Counted from the stretch's first letter, positions 19,838 to 30,037 are shown. The stretch is 64,000 nt of DNA from an uncultured cyanobacterium (GCA_963749915.1 CAVVOP010000032.1:32001-96000); one strand, 5' to 3'. Translations and numbers: made by a program. The notes: generated from the letters alone by a model not told the origin.

Positions 19838-20137
19838 TTATTAATATTCCTCAATAATGTGTAATTAAATTTGTAATTAATTGGCAAATCTCGCCAAACT
19901 TAGCGAAACGCCACTGATCTCGACAAAATTCTGAACTTCGAACTGATTAAAAGTAAACGAACTCATGTTAAATATTTTTTGATAACTTGTTAACTATGAT
20001 TTACACTAAATGATATTAGATTATAGTTTATTTATTATGTCAAAATCGAGGTGATAATCTGTTAAATTATACGATATGATCAGTCCATAAAATTATTTAT
20101 CTTACGTCCGTAAATATACGTAAAAAGGGTTAAGAAA

Positions 20138-21250
20138 ATGTTGAGTTTTTTAGAAAATTTGACGGGGGGAAAAAGTAGCGGAGTGGGGATAGAAATTAAT
20201 CCCGACAGAATTGCTTTAGTCCAACTGACCAAAAAAGGGTCACAATATAAACTTTTAAAATACCATGCCATCGATGTTCCCGAAGACATATTCGAGGAAG
20301 GGCAAATTGTCGATTCCCCTGGATTGGCGGAATTAATCGATCAATTGTTAAAAGAAGCCAAAGTTAAGCCTAAACAAATCGCTACGGCAGTGCCCATGAG
20401 GGAGTCCATTATTCGGATTATCCCCATTCCTGCGGAGTTGAATGATCAAGAATTACGGGATATGGTGTTAAACCACGAGGCTAGTCTTTATCTTCCTTAT
20501 CCTAGGGAAGAAGTCGATCTCGACTATCGAAAACTAGGTTATTTTGTGGATGATGATGGCATTGAAAAAGTACAGGTTTTATTAGTGGCAACCCGTCGAG
20601 AAGTTACTGATTTATACCTAGAGACTTTCCAACAGGCCGGATTAAAGGTTAATGTCCTAGAAATTAATAGTTTTGCCTTAATTAGAACGATCAAAGAACA
20701 ATTAAAACAGTTTTCTTCTAGTGAGGCAATAGTGTTAGTGGATATTGAATTTGATACTACGGAAATCGCTATTATCGTGGAAGGTGTACCTCAATTTTCT
20801 CGTACTATTCCCATTGGTACTTATCAAATGCAAACGGCTTTAGCCCAAGCTATGAATTTACCCACCTCGAAAAATACCGAATTGTTACAAGAGATCACCA
20901 TTCCCAATAATCCCGAACGAACAACCACTAATACCACTAGCAGTCAAACATGGATTAACCCGGGAATGGATTCTCTTTTAAGGGTTTTAGGCGAATTAGT
21001 GGATGAGTTGCGACGATCGATTAATTTCTATTTGGGCCAAAGTGGGGATGTTGAAGTCGTACAATTACTCCTAGCCGGACCTGGTGCAGGATTGTCTCAA
21101 ATTGACGAGTATTTCACTAAAAAATTGAGTCTTCCCACCACACAAATTGACCCTATTTCTGCTTTATCTTTAACTTTTAAAGAGGAGTTATCTATCATGC
21201 AACGGGCGGGATTAGGTACGGTAATTGGTTTGGGTATGAGGATGAGTTAG
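20138..21250 (+). CDS. pilM: Type IV pilus assembly protein PilM
   Basis: Actin-like fold (GVGIEI, VLVDIEFDTTEI, LLAGPGA); first gene of the pilMNOQ operon. Confidence 0.95.
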   Translation: MLSFLENLTGGKSSGVGIEINPDRIALVQLTKKGSQYKLLKYHAIDVPEDIFEEGQIVDSPGLAELIDQLLKEAKVKPKQIATAVPMRESIIRIIPIPAELNDQELRDMVLNHEASLYLPYPREEVDLDYRKLGYFVDDDGIEKVQVLLVATRREVTDLYLETFQQAGLKVNVLEINSFALIRTIKEQLKQFSSSEAIVLVDIEFDTTEIAIIVEGVPQFSRTIPIGTYQMQTALAQAMNLPTSKNTELLQEITIPNNPERTTTNTTSSQTWINPGMDSLLRVLGELVDELRRSINFYLGQSGDVEVVQLLLAGPGAGLSQIDEYFTKKLSLPTTQIDPISALSLTFKEELSIMQRAGLGTVIGLGMRMS

Positions 21251-21252
21251 CT

Positions 21253-22074
21253 ATGTACGATATTGATATTAATTTTTTAAAAGATCGCAAATTAGATACC
21301 GTTGGCAGTCCTACAGTATTTAAGAAAACGACTTCTAAGAACGTTGAATTACCTATTCTTATCGGTGCTGGGGTTGCTATTGTTTTTCTTGCCACTACGG
21401 GGGGTGCTTTATTATTCTTAAATAATCAAAAAGCTAGCACTAATAAAACGATCGCCCAACTAGATGAAGAAATTCAGCGTTTGCAGGGGAAAAATGTACG
21501 AGTAAAGCAAATCCAAACAGAAATTGACGGTATTAGTCAGGAAATTGGCATTCTCGTTAGTGTATTCAATGAGATTAAACCCTGGTCGTCCATGTTAGCC
21601 GAAATTGGTACTGTCACCCCCCCTAATGTGCAAATACAGGCGATAACTCAGTCCGATAAAACTTTAACCATCAACGGTTATGGTAATTCCTATGACAACG
21701 TCAATGATTTTTTGTTAACCCTGAAAAATTCTCCTTTTCTCGATCCCGAAGCTACTAGCATTGTGACCACCACCATTGCACCAAATCCCGGCAAAGTGGC
21801 TTTTAATCGTGCACAATTATCGGGACTGGAAACGACAGAAGAAGGCAAGAATAATTCCGAGAATATAACTTTACCGCCTGTAGTTTTATACACTATCAAC
21901 ACCAAGATTAATGATCAATCAGCACAAGTATTGCTAAATCAACTTAGTCGTAGAGGTGCCATTGGTCTAGTATCGAGGATAACTAATCTACAAAGAAAAG
22001 GAGCTTTAAAGTTACAAGAGGTAGCAATAACAGCACAACCAGAAAAACCAACCGAAGGAGGGGCTGAACAATGA
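21253..22074 (+). CDS. pilN: Type IV pilus assembly protein PilN
   Basis: N-terminal DINFLKDR motif, TM helix, coiled coil and VNDFLLTLKNSPF. Confidence 0.93.
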   Translation: MYDIDINFLKDRKLDTVGSPTVFKKTTSKNVELPILIGAGVAIVFLATTGGALLFLNNQKASTNKTIAQLDEEIQRLQGKNVRVKQIQTEIDGISQEIGILVSVFNEIKPWSSMLAEIGTVTPPNVQIQAITQSDKTLTINGYGNSYDNVNDFLLTLKNSPFLDPEATSIVTTTIAPNPGKVAFNRAQLSGLETTEEGKNNSENITLPPVVLYTINTKINDQSAQVLLNQLSRRGAIGLVSRITNLQRKGALKLQEVAITAQPEKPTEGGAEQ

Positions 22075-22817
22075 CAACATCTTTTACCACTACTGACCAA
22101 TTTGATTCCCAAGAGGAGGATTTTGGTACGGGTGATTATCCAGAAGTCTTTGGTATCGCTTTTACCCCAAAGGTAACAGGCATTGCCATAGGAGTTGGTG
22201 GTTTATTGATCGCTGGTTATTTATTTTGGTCTTATGTACTTCCCATATGGAATGAATTATCCCAACTCAATAACCAAAAGCAAGAAAAACAATCCCAACT
22301 AGAACAACTCAGTTCCAATGAACTAGATCAGATTATCGCCAATAAAGAAAACGAATTGACACAAATCAAGGATCTGAAAGAAGATGTACTGAAACTCTTT
22401 GCTACAGATCAGGCACTAGATACTTTATTGTTGGATGTGAATAGTTTTACGAACTTTAGTAAGATCAAAATGAATTCTTTTGTGCCAACCCCTGAGCGGG
22501 AAATCGTCGCCGATGAGTCTTTTGGTAGTCTAGCTACTAATAATTTACAGGTTAAAACTTACAGTCTCGATTTAGAAGGTAATTTTAGTCAGTTACAGCT
22601 ATTTTTGCAAGATTTAGAAAGATTACAACCCTTGTTAGTCGTCAAAAATCTGAACACTTCGACTATTAACCCACCACAATATTTATTGGAAAATAATCGG
22701 TTAGTTACCATTGGGCAACCGAAATTAAAAACCAGTATTACTTTACAAGCAGTATTTCCCCAGTTACAAGCGGCAGAAGCACCGCCTCCGGCTGAGGGAG
22801 AAAAACCGGCTCAATAA
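22071..22817 (+). CDS. pilO: Type IV pilus assembly protein PilO
   Basis: ATGA overlap with pilN, YPEVFGI-TM segment and LERLQPLLVV. Confidence 0.9.
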   Translation: MTTSFTTTDQFDSQEEDFGTGDYPEVFGIAFTPKVTGIAIGVGGLLIAGYLFWSYVLPIWNELSQLNNQKQEKQSQLEQLSSNELDQIIANKENELTQIKDLKEDVLKLFATDQALDTLLLDVNSFTNFSKIKMNSFVPTPEREIVADESFGSLATNNLQVKTYSLDLEGNFSQLQLFLQDLERLQPLLVVKNLNTSTINPPQYLLENNRLVTIGQPKLKTSITLQAVFPQLQAAEAPPPAEGEKPAQ

Positions 22818-22878
22818 AGATCGAGTTTTTTATGGTCAAAATAATTTCATAATTCTATGTCTATTCATTAAAATTTAA

Positions 22879-25095
22879 GTGTGTGTAGGAGTTAAATCAA
22901 TGATCAAATTTTCTATTAATCAAATCAAGTTTTTGAGTAGTACTGTCGTTGTTCTTCTCAGTTGGCAGTCCTTGGCGATGGCAAATCCCAGTATCAATAA
23001 AAAATTGACTTTTAAAAAACAACCCAATTGGATCGCCCAATCTTTTCCTTCTAATGAAGGGGAAGTACTAGTGCCTAATCCCAGTATTAAAATTGACGGT
23101 CAACCTGTTGATGCGTCTCAACCGGCACCCCCACCATTTTTGCCGAGGGCGGTTGCCCCCCCAGTGGGAGATATGTCGGTATCTAATGTTAATAATGGTT
23201 CTCCTACTATTAACTTAGGTACCAATGTTACAGTTCCCCGTTTAGTGCTAAGAGACGCCCCAGCAACGGAGGTATTAGCATTATTGGGTCGTGCAGCCGG
23301 ATTTAACATTATTTTTACGGATAAAAATAGCGAAGGAGAGACAAATACCGTCTCCTTAGATTTAGAAAATGAGCCAGTGCAAGATGTGTTTAACAGTGTG
23401 TTGATGATTTCGGGTTTAAAAGCCAGTCTTCAAGGTAGAACTATTTTTGTAGGCAGTAAGTTACCGCCTACAGTCAAAAATGCCATTACTCGCAGTGTTC
23501 GCTTAAATCAATATGATGCCCTTGATGCACTTTTTTTCCTTCATAGTCAAGGGGCCCAGGGAAATTTTATCGAAGTAGAAATAGAAGAAAAAGATGGTAT
23601 TCCTAAAAAAACATATACGGTTACACCTCTTCCAGATCAAGAACTAGCAGGAGAACAGTTAGTGCTTCAAGGTTTAACAGTTCATGTGGATCCTGTCCAC
23701 GATACTGTAACTTTAGTCGGTGAACCTTATTTAGTACAAACAGCAACCTCTTTCTTGACCCAATTAGATGCCCGTCGTCGTCAAGTAGCTGTTAACGTTA
23801 AAGTTGTTGATGTGCAATTAAATCAAGCCGACAGTTTTGGTTCTAGTTTCTCTTTTGGTATCGATAACACAGGAGTTGTCCAAGATGGTGGTGTCGGTGT
23901 AATTAATTTTGGGACGAATAATCAAAATGTAGATCCTCAACAGTGGCGAACAGATAGCGATGGTAATTTAATTCCCGCTTACGATGAACAAATAGTCGAG
24001 AGAGAAACATTTTCCCGAAATTTAAATAACTCTTTACAAGATAGTATCGAACGTTCTTTGGAAGATACGTTAGATCAGCAAACGGCTAATAATCTCGCTG
24101 ATACTTTAGGACAGAATTTTACTGATACCATTAATCGTACCTTGAGTCAGTTTGGCAATACTAGTACTTTTACACGAGATCAAGTAGAAACAATTACCAG
24201 AGATTTACAAAGAGAACTAACAGACAATACAAACAGAACTTTAACTAACTCTCAAATTAGCAATTTAACTCAAGATATTATTAATAATACTATCGATAAC
24301 GTTGCCCGTACTGTTACCAGAACTTTACAAGGATTACCATTAGCGTCTCCCAATGCTGGACGAATTTCTCCTTTTGGTACCAACGCAGATCCCAGCCAAC
24401 CCGGAAATCCGGCCCAAATTCGTCCTGGAAGAAATTTTAATGTCCCTCAAGCCTTTTTGGCTCAAATCAGGGCCAATGTCAGTTCCGGTAATGCAAAAAT
24501 CTTAACAGATCCGACTTTAGTAGTACAAGAAGGACAAGTTGGTACAGTAGAATTAGTCGAAAATGTTGTAACTAGCGTCAATACTTCCATCGATCAATTA
24601 AGTGGTGTCAGAACGACAACTCCTGTCATTGAACCTGCGGGGTTAACCTTAAATGTAGCCATTCAAAAAATTGATGATAATGGGTTTGTTAATTTACAAG
24701 TAAATCCTTCTATCAGTGCACCAGGTAATCCTCAAATTTTCCGTAGCGGTGTTGGTGCTGATAACGTGATTACTCCTCTGGTGGAGAGAACCGTATCTTC
24801 CGGGCTGGTTCGTTTACGAGATGGACAAACTTTGATCTTATCGGGGATTATCTCTGACGTTGAAAGGACACAGATTTCTAAAGTGCCGATTTTAGGTGAT
24901 TTGCCCATTATTGGTAGTTTATTCCGTTCTACCTTCAAAGATAAAACTCGCTCGGAAGTAATCGTAATGCTCACACCTCAGGTTATCGACGATTCCGAGG
25001 GTTATAGCGGTTTTGGTTATAATTACACTCCTTCTCGTGAAACGGGTAAATATCTCCGCGATCGTGGTTTAAATGTGCCGACCAGCCCTTATTAA
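22879..25095 (+). CDS. pilQ: Type IV pilus secretin PilQ
   Basis: LDARRRQVAVNVKVVDV, AKILTDPTL and KVPILGDLPIIGSLFRS secretin motifs. The start may be the ATG at 22900. Confidence 0.93.
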   Translation: MCVGVKSMIKFSINQIKFLSSTVVVLLSWQSLAMANPSINKKLTFKKQPNWIAQSFPSNEGEVLVPNPSIKIDGQPVDASQPAPPPFLPRAVAPPVGDMSVSNVNNGSPTINLGTNVTVPRLVLRDAPATEVLALLGRAAGFNIIFTDKNSEGETNTVSLDLENEPVQDVFNSVLMISGLKASLQGRTIFVGSKLPPTVKNAITRSVRLNQYDALDALFFLHSQGAQGNFIEVEIEEKDGIPKKTYTVTPLPDQELAGEQLVLQGLTVHVDPVHDTVTLVGEPYLVQTATSFLTQLDARRRQVAVNVKVVDVQLNQADSFGSSFSFGIDNTGVVQDGGVGVINFGTNNQNVDPQQWRTDSDGNLIPAYDEQIVERETFSRNLNNSLQDSIERSLEDTLDQQTANNLADTLGQNFTDTINRTLSQFGNTSTFTRDQVETITRDLQRELTDNTNRTLTNSQISNLTQDIINNTIDNVARTVTRTLQGLPLASPNAGRISPFGTNADPSQPGNPAQIRPGRNFNVPQAFLAQIRANVSSGNAKILTDPTLVVQEGQVGTVELVENVVTSVNTSIDQLSGVRTTTPVIEPAGLTLNVAIQKIDDNGFVNLQVNPSISAPGNPQIFRSGVGADNVITPLVERTVSSGLVRLRDGQTLILSGIISDVERTQISKVPILGDLPIIGSLFRSTFKDKTRSEVIVMLTPQVIDDSEGYSGFGYNYTPSRETGKYLRDRGLNVPTSPY

Positions 25096-25178
25096 GGGGG
25101 GAAAGAAGATTAGGATACTAGAACACGCCTCCTAAATTCCCTAAGGAGTGAGGAACTTAATATTAGTCTATTATTTTG

Positions 25179-25224
25179 AAAATATCTCTTTTGTTTCGCT
25201 GTAAGCTTCAGAGATATTTTTTTT
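25179..25224 (+). terminator. Possible intrinsic terminator after pilQ
   Basis: AAAATATCTCT / AGAGATATTTT 11-bp stem followed by a T run; the stem is AT-rich and the loop is large. Confidence 0.4.
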
Positions 25225-25240
25225 GTCCCTAAAAGCTGTG

Positions 25241-25401
25241 GGGGAAATTCAAAATTCGAAATTCAAAATTCAGAACAAAAATTTGGGCTAATTTATTTCC
25301 TTCTGCCTTCTGCCCCCTGCCCTCTGCCTCCTGCCCTCTGCCTCCTGCCTTCTGCCTTACCCTCGACCACATTGATATTTTCCAAAACCCTCGCAGTATT
25401 G
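25241..25401 (-). repeat. 161-bp composite repeat, copy A (CAATACT-ended core plus GGCAGA-type and TTTTGAA heptamer tracts)
   Basis: Reverse complement of 28983-29143 with 6 substitutions by manual alignment; it overlaps the 3' end of the RND gene. Confidence 0.93.
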
Positions 25402-28400
25402 ACCCCCGCTGTCGAAAAACTAAAGGGTTGATGGAGTAATAAATAAAGACAGGGGATTAAAAATAACGTCAATAATGTGGCTAAAGATAACCCCCAAAAG
25501 ACGACTATCCCTAATGGTTGCAAAAATTCTCCTCCTTCTCCTACACCTAAAGCTAAAGGATACATCCCTAATACGGTCGTGATGGTGGTCATTAAAATCG
25601 GACGTAATCTTTGGGATGACGCTCGGATAATGGCCGTATAACGACTGGGCTTAAAAATATCAGGGTTTTGTTGTTGTTTTTCATAGATTTGATTAGCCAA
25701 CTCAACCATGACGATGGCATTATTGACGACAATACCGATTAATAATACTGCCCCAACAATAACCGTTGCACCGATGGGGGTTTCGGTAACGTATAAGCCG
25801 ATAATTCCTCCTGATAAAGCTAGAGGTAAGGTAAACATGATCACTAAAGGATCTATTAGAGAATTATATTGTACTGCCATGACCACAAATACGAGAAAGG
25901 CAGCTAAACTTCCTAAAACGGGTAGAGATGCTTGTAATTGTTTATTACTCTCGGCGGCGATACTTGGCAGGATACGGACACCTTGAGGTAAATCAATAGT
26001 ATCTAAGATGCCTTGTACTTCGGCTAATGCTGGTCCCAATGAGGCTTCTTCGGCGAGGCTTCCGGTGATGATAAAAACTTGACGTTGATTTATTCGTTGA
26101 ATTTGTGATGGGGCTTTTCCTGTGGTGATGGTAGCAACATCCCCTAGGCGAATTAAGCGATTATTGTCGGCGAAAAGTGGCACTTCTAATAAAGCACTGG
26201 CATCTTTGACTGAATTGGAATCCAATTGTACCCTTATATCTATTAGGCGTGCACCTGCACTATCTCCGTTGGCAAAGTCCCTCTGTAGCTGAGAAATAAC
26301 TAAACCGCTAACGGTAGTTCGTAAGGAATCAGTAATATCCGCATTTTTGAGGTTTAAATCCGCCAATCTTTCTAAATCGGGCTGAATAAGGACTTCTGGC
26401 TGAGAAGGATCAGCATCAGGGCGAAATCTGACTAATGTTGCTTTCTCATCAAGGGTCTTGACTACTTGTCTTCCTGTTTCCTCTAATAAAGTTTGGTTAT
26501 TGCCTTGTAAAATAATATCAACATCTGCCCTCACCGGAGAGTTGTTGAGAATCAGGCCTCGAACTTTACCCGCATTAAGACTTAAACGAATATCCACTAA
26601 GTTTAGTTTGCTTAATTCTTTGTCGAGGTTAGGGATATATTCATCTAAATTTGTCCCGGACTTGACGGTAATATTACTAGAACCTCTCAATACATTTTCA
26701 CTGGTATTACCACCAAATAAAAAGCCTCCAGAAGTAGTAAACGCATATTCAGTTTCTGGTTGTCGTAAAATCACATCATCAACTAGCTGCATAACTTGGC
26801 GATTAGTAGCAAGGGTGGTATTTGGGGGAAATTGGACAAATAAGTTGGCTTGACCTGTGTTGATAGTCGGTAAAATTTCTTGGGGTAATTGTTGGGCTAA
26901 ATTTAAGCTCGTTAAACCTAAAAGAATGAAGATAACCAGAACAACGATCCAGCGAATTTTAAGCAGAAAGCCTAAAACAAAGCTATAACTATTATTAGCC
27001 GCACTAAAAGCCTTGTTAAACCATGAAATAATAAAAAAACGTTTAATTTGACTAGAAAATTGAATAGCTAGCAACCGAGATGTCAACATCGGCACAATGG
27101 TTAAAGCAACCACAATGGAAGCCGCTACCGCAAAGCTGATGGTTAAAACCAATTCATTGAATAAAAGAGAGATAAAACCCCCAATCATCAAAAAGGGTAA
27201 AACTGCCACTAAGTTGGTGCTGGTGGAGGCAACTAAGGCAGATTCGACTTCCGAGGCACTGTTGATAGATTGTTCGATAATTTGCCGACGATAAACCCCT
27301 TTTTCGGGAATGGGATCATGGGTTAGTTTTTCTGTACCTTCGATAATGGTTTCCAACATAACGATGGAGTTATCGACGACAATCCCCACTCCTAAGGCTA
27401 ATCCCCCTAAACTGAAAACATTTAAGGATAGACCGAAAATTTTCATCACAATGATCGCCGCCAATGTGGCTAGAGGAATAGAAATGACGATGATGATAGT
27501 TTGACGAATTGAACCTAAAAACAATAATACTGCCATCGCCGCTAATGCTGTACCAATTAAACCTGAAGTGATGACATTATTAATGGCATTACGAATAAAA
27601 ATAGATTCATCGAGGGTGGGTAATAAAACTAAATCATCTTCGATAATATTACTTTTTTTCAACTCCTCAATTTTGGTTTTGATGGACTTGACAACCTCAA
27701 TGGTGTTGGCCTCTGGTTGTTTTTGAAGACTAACTTTAACGGCGGGGGTACCATTGAGATAAACAAAAATACGTTGATCCTCAGCACCATCAATAACATT
27801 CGCAAACTCGTTCAAATAGACACGACGGAAAGAATTAGGAATCGGAAAAGATAAATTATTTAACGCCTCAGCACTTTTAAATCTACCGACAACACGGGTT
27901 AAAGGTTCGTTACTTTCCCCTAATAAACGCCCTCCGCCAATATCTTGATTGGAGTCTCTAATTTCGTCTAAAACATCCTTTAAGCCAATTCCCAAAGCCT
28001 GTAAACGTTGAAGATCAATTTGTACTCTTACTTCTTCTTCTACTCCCCCAGAAACATCCACTGAAGCAACTCCGGGGACAATACTTAATTCTCTGGCTAA
28101 TTCTTCCTCTGTGAAAACCCTTAAATCTAAAATATCTCGAACATCGGAGGTAACAGCAAATTCATAAACAGGTAACTGAGAAGGCTCAAACTTGAATAAA
28201 CGAGGATTCTCAATGTTATCAGGTAATCTGCTTCTGGCACGGTTAAGGGAAGCTGTGGCATCATTTAAGGCTCGATCAATATTACCACCGACTCGGAAGA
28301 ATAAATCTAAACTAATTCGATTTTCCGAGGTTTGAGAATAAACTAGTTCTACTCCTTCCGTAGCGGAAAAAGCCTCTTCTAAAGGGCGAGTAATTTCTTC

Positions 28401-28613
28401 GACAGCAATTTCTGGCACAATACCTTCGGTTTGCAGTCTTACACCAATACGAGGATAAGTAATAGAGGGTAATAAATCCACTTGAATGGTAGTAACAAAA
28501 AAAATACCCACCACAATGACCGCCAAAGTTAACATTATAGTTGCGATGTGACGACGAATTGATAAACTACTAATGGTAAACTTCGAACTTAAGGGAGTAA
28601 AGGAGGATTTCAT
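25293..28613 (-). CDS. AcrB/AcrD/AcrF family RND efflux permease
   Basis: GIVVDNSIV, GIVVNNAIV and RLRPILMTT motifs with 12-TM RND architecture. Confidence 0.96.
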   Translation of the reverse strand: MKSSFTPLSSKFTISSLSIRRHIATIMLTLAVIVVGIFFVTTIQVDLLPSITYPRIGVRLQTEGIVPEIAVEEITRPLEEAFSATEGVELVYSQTSENRISLDLFFRVGGNIDRALNDATASLNRARSRLPDNIENPRLFKFEPSQLPVYEFAVTSDVRDILDLRVFTEEELARELSIVPGVASVDVSGGVEEEVRVQIDLQRLQALGIGLKDVLDEIRDSNQDIGGGRLLGESNEPLTRVVGRFKSAEALNNLSFPIPNSFRRVYLNEFANVIDGAEDQRIFVYLNGTPAVKVSLQKQPEANTIEVVKSIKTKIEELKKSNIIEDDLVLLPTLDESIFIRNAINNVITSGLIGTALAAMAVLLFLGSIRQTIIIVISIPLATLAAIIVMKIFGLSLNVFSLGGLALGVGIVVDNSIVMLETIIEGTEKLTHDPIPEKGVYRRQIIEQSINSASEVESALVASTSTNLVAVLPFLMIGGFISLLFNELVLTISFAVAASIVVALTIVPMLTSRLLAIQFSSQIKRFFIISWFNKAFSAANNSYSFVLGFLLKIRWIVVLVIFILLGLTSLNLAQQLPQEILPTINTGQANLFVQFPPNTTLATNRQVMQLVDDVILRQPETEYAFTTSGGFLFGGNTSENVLRGSSNITVKSGTNLDEYIPNLDKELSKLNLVDIRLSLNAGKVRGLILNNSPVRADVDIILQGNNQTLLEETGRQVVKTLDEKATLVRFRPDADPSQPEVLIQPDLERLADLNLKNADITDSLRTTVSGLVISQLQRDFANGDSAGARLIDIRVQLDSNSVKDASALLEVPLFADNNRLIRLGDVATITTGKAPSQIQRINQRQVFIITGSLAEEASLGPALAEVQGILDTIDLPQGVRILPSIAAESNKQLQASLPVLGSLAAFLVFVVMAVQYNSLIDPLVIMFTLPLALSGGIIGLYVTETPIGATVIVGAVLLIGIVVNNAIVMVELANQIYEKQQQNPDIFKPSRYTAIIRASSQRLRPILMTTITTVLGMYPLALGVGEGGEFLQPLGIVVFWGLSLATLLTLFLIPCLYLLLHQPFSFSTAGVNTARVLENINVVEGKAEGRRQRAGGRGQGAEGRRK

Positions 28614-28982
28614 AATGGTGTTTATTAGACTTCCTAGAGATGCCGGGGAATAGGCAATAATTAGATAAATTAGATAAGATTAGTAATTTACCGCTTATGG
28701 TTGATTCTAATTTTAACGTGAGCATCCGACAAATTACTTTGATTATGTCTGAAGAGGGGCAATTTGTTCATTAGGAGTTCGACGGGGACTGATGGCTTCA
28801 TTCTCCGATCAGCTACAATCCCTATTCTCAATAATTTTTTGAGAATATATTGCTCAATCCCTCTTCAGGCAATGATTATAAGTTAGTTAGCTCTTATTTA
28901 TATTCAATATTGTATTTTCACGATTTCTTGCGGCGATCAGGCGAAGCCAGGCAGTTCGTGTGCCTTGAAGCGGATCTCTTCG

Positions 28983-29143
28983 CAATACTGCGAGGGTTTT
29001 GGAAAATATCAATGTGGTCGAGGGTAAGGCAGGAGGCAGGAGGCAGGGGGCAGAGGGCAGAAGGCAGGGGGCAGAAGGCAGAAGGAAATAAATTAGCCCA
29101 AATTTTTGTTCTGAATTTTGAATTTTGAATTTTGAATTTCCCC
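28983..29143 (+). repeat. 161-bp composite repeat, copy B (inverted relative to copy A)
   Basis: CAATACTGCGAGGGTTTTGGAAAATATCAATGTGGTCGAGGG, then 9 heptamers, then (TTTTGAA)n-TTTCCCC. Confidence 0.93.
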
Positions 29144-29228
29144 GTCAGGAGCTTATTACTTATCACTTCAAAACAAATATTTTTTGATAGTCACCCAAAA
29201 TTCCTTTCACCTCGATCCCAATGTGAAA

Positions 29229-29309
29229 TAGACTTCTCCGGAAATTATAATTTTTGTACAGTATAATGGCGGTTTCAACTCCCTTTTGGATAATTATTGG
29301 AGATGTCTA
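29229..29309. mobile_element. Short MITE-like element with TAGAC(T/A)TCTCC termini
   Basis: Left end TAGACTTCTCCGGAAATTAT versus reverse-complemented right end TAGACATCTCCAATAATTAT. A solo similar end (TTGGAGATGTCTA) lies at about 44740-44752. Confidence 0.6.
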
Positions 29310-29374
29310 ATGAGTGTTAGAGGTTAACAGGCACCATTTTTCGGATGACCATGGGGATAAATTAACTAAAGAAA

Positions 29375-30037
29375 TTAATTTGTTACTTTTTGCTTTCGTT
29401 TAATACCTATACCTAAAGCACCAGCGACCAAAGTACCTAAAATAGTAACTGGTTCGGGAACTGGTTCTAAAACAATATTGTCAAAATGATGATACCCAAG
29501 CAGTGTGCTTGGACTTTTCTCCTGTTTCCAAGAAACAGAGGATAATTTCTCAAATCCGGTGAAATCAAAAGTCTCAAACCCTTTTGAGGTGTCTAGTAAA
29601 AAATTAGCCTGTATAGTGCCGCCGTTAGCGTAGGTTCCCGTAAAATTAACAGGGACGTTCCCAGAACCAGGTCCATTGAGCCAATCTAAATCAATGGATT
29701 TTAAATTAAAAGAACCTCCCCCGTTTTTCGTTAGTACTATATCTGTATTGCCATTGACCACATCACTGGCGAAAGATGTAGAGCCATTGTATGGATCATA
29801 TGGGGGGTTATATTTGCTGTAATCTCCTGAATTAATGGGGTACAGTTGAGCAATTGAGCCGCCTTGACTAATAGTAAAACCTTTTTCGCTATAAAAAGGG
29901 TCGTTAAGGTAGTATGAAAAATCAGTTCCGGGAGTCGTTAAAGGATCGAAATTAATGGTGACCGCTTCTGCTGAACCTATTGAACTAAGTGCGATGGCAG
30001 AAATGCCAACAAGAGTTAAAGATAATTTTTTTAACAT
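29375..30037 (-). CDS. PEP-CTERM sorting-domain surface protein
   Basis: Signal peptide (AEA) and C-terminal VPEPVTILGTLVAGALG..KRK. Confidence 0.92.
   Translation of the reverse strand: MLKKLSLTLVGISAIALSSIGSAEAVTINFDPLTTPGTDFSYYLNDPFYSEKGFTISQGGSIAQLYPINSGDYSKYNPPYDPYNGSTSFASDVVNGNTDIVLTKNGGGSFNLKSIDLDWLNGPGSGNVPVNFTGTYANGGTIQANFLLDTSKGFETFDFTGFEKLSSVSWKQEKSPSTLLGYHHFDNIVLEPVPEPVTILGTLVAGALGIGIKRKQKVTN

Noticed and set aside
28700..28982. GGAGTTCGACGGGG (tRNA/tmRNA-like) and a short GC-rich fragment (EEIRFKAHELPGFA* on minus)
   Set aside because: There is no cloverleaf or acceptor stem, and the fragment is too short to assign.
25241..29143. Repeat core as a CRISPR leader or array
   Set aside because: There are no regularly spaced repeats with unique spacers and no cas genes in the window.
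28850..29166. ORFs 28850-29128 (+) and 28918-29166 (-)
   Set aside because: They are mostly translations of heptamer repeats (RGQRAEG, FCPLPSA) and are not credible proteins.
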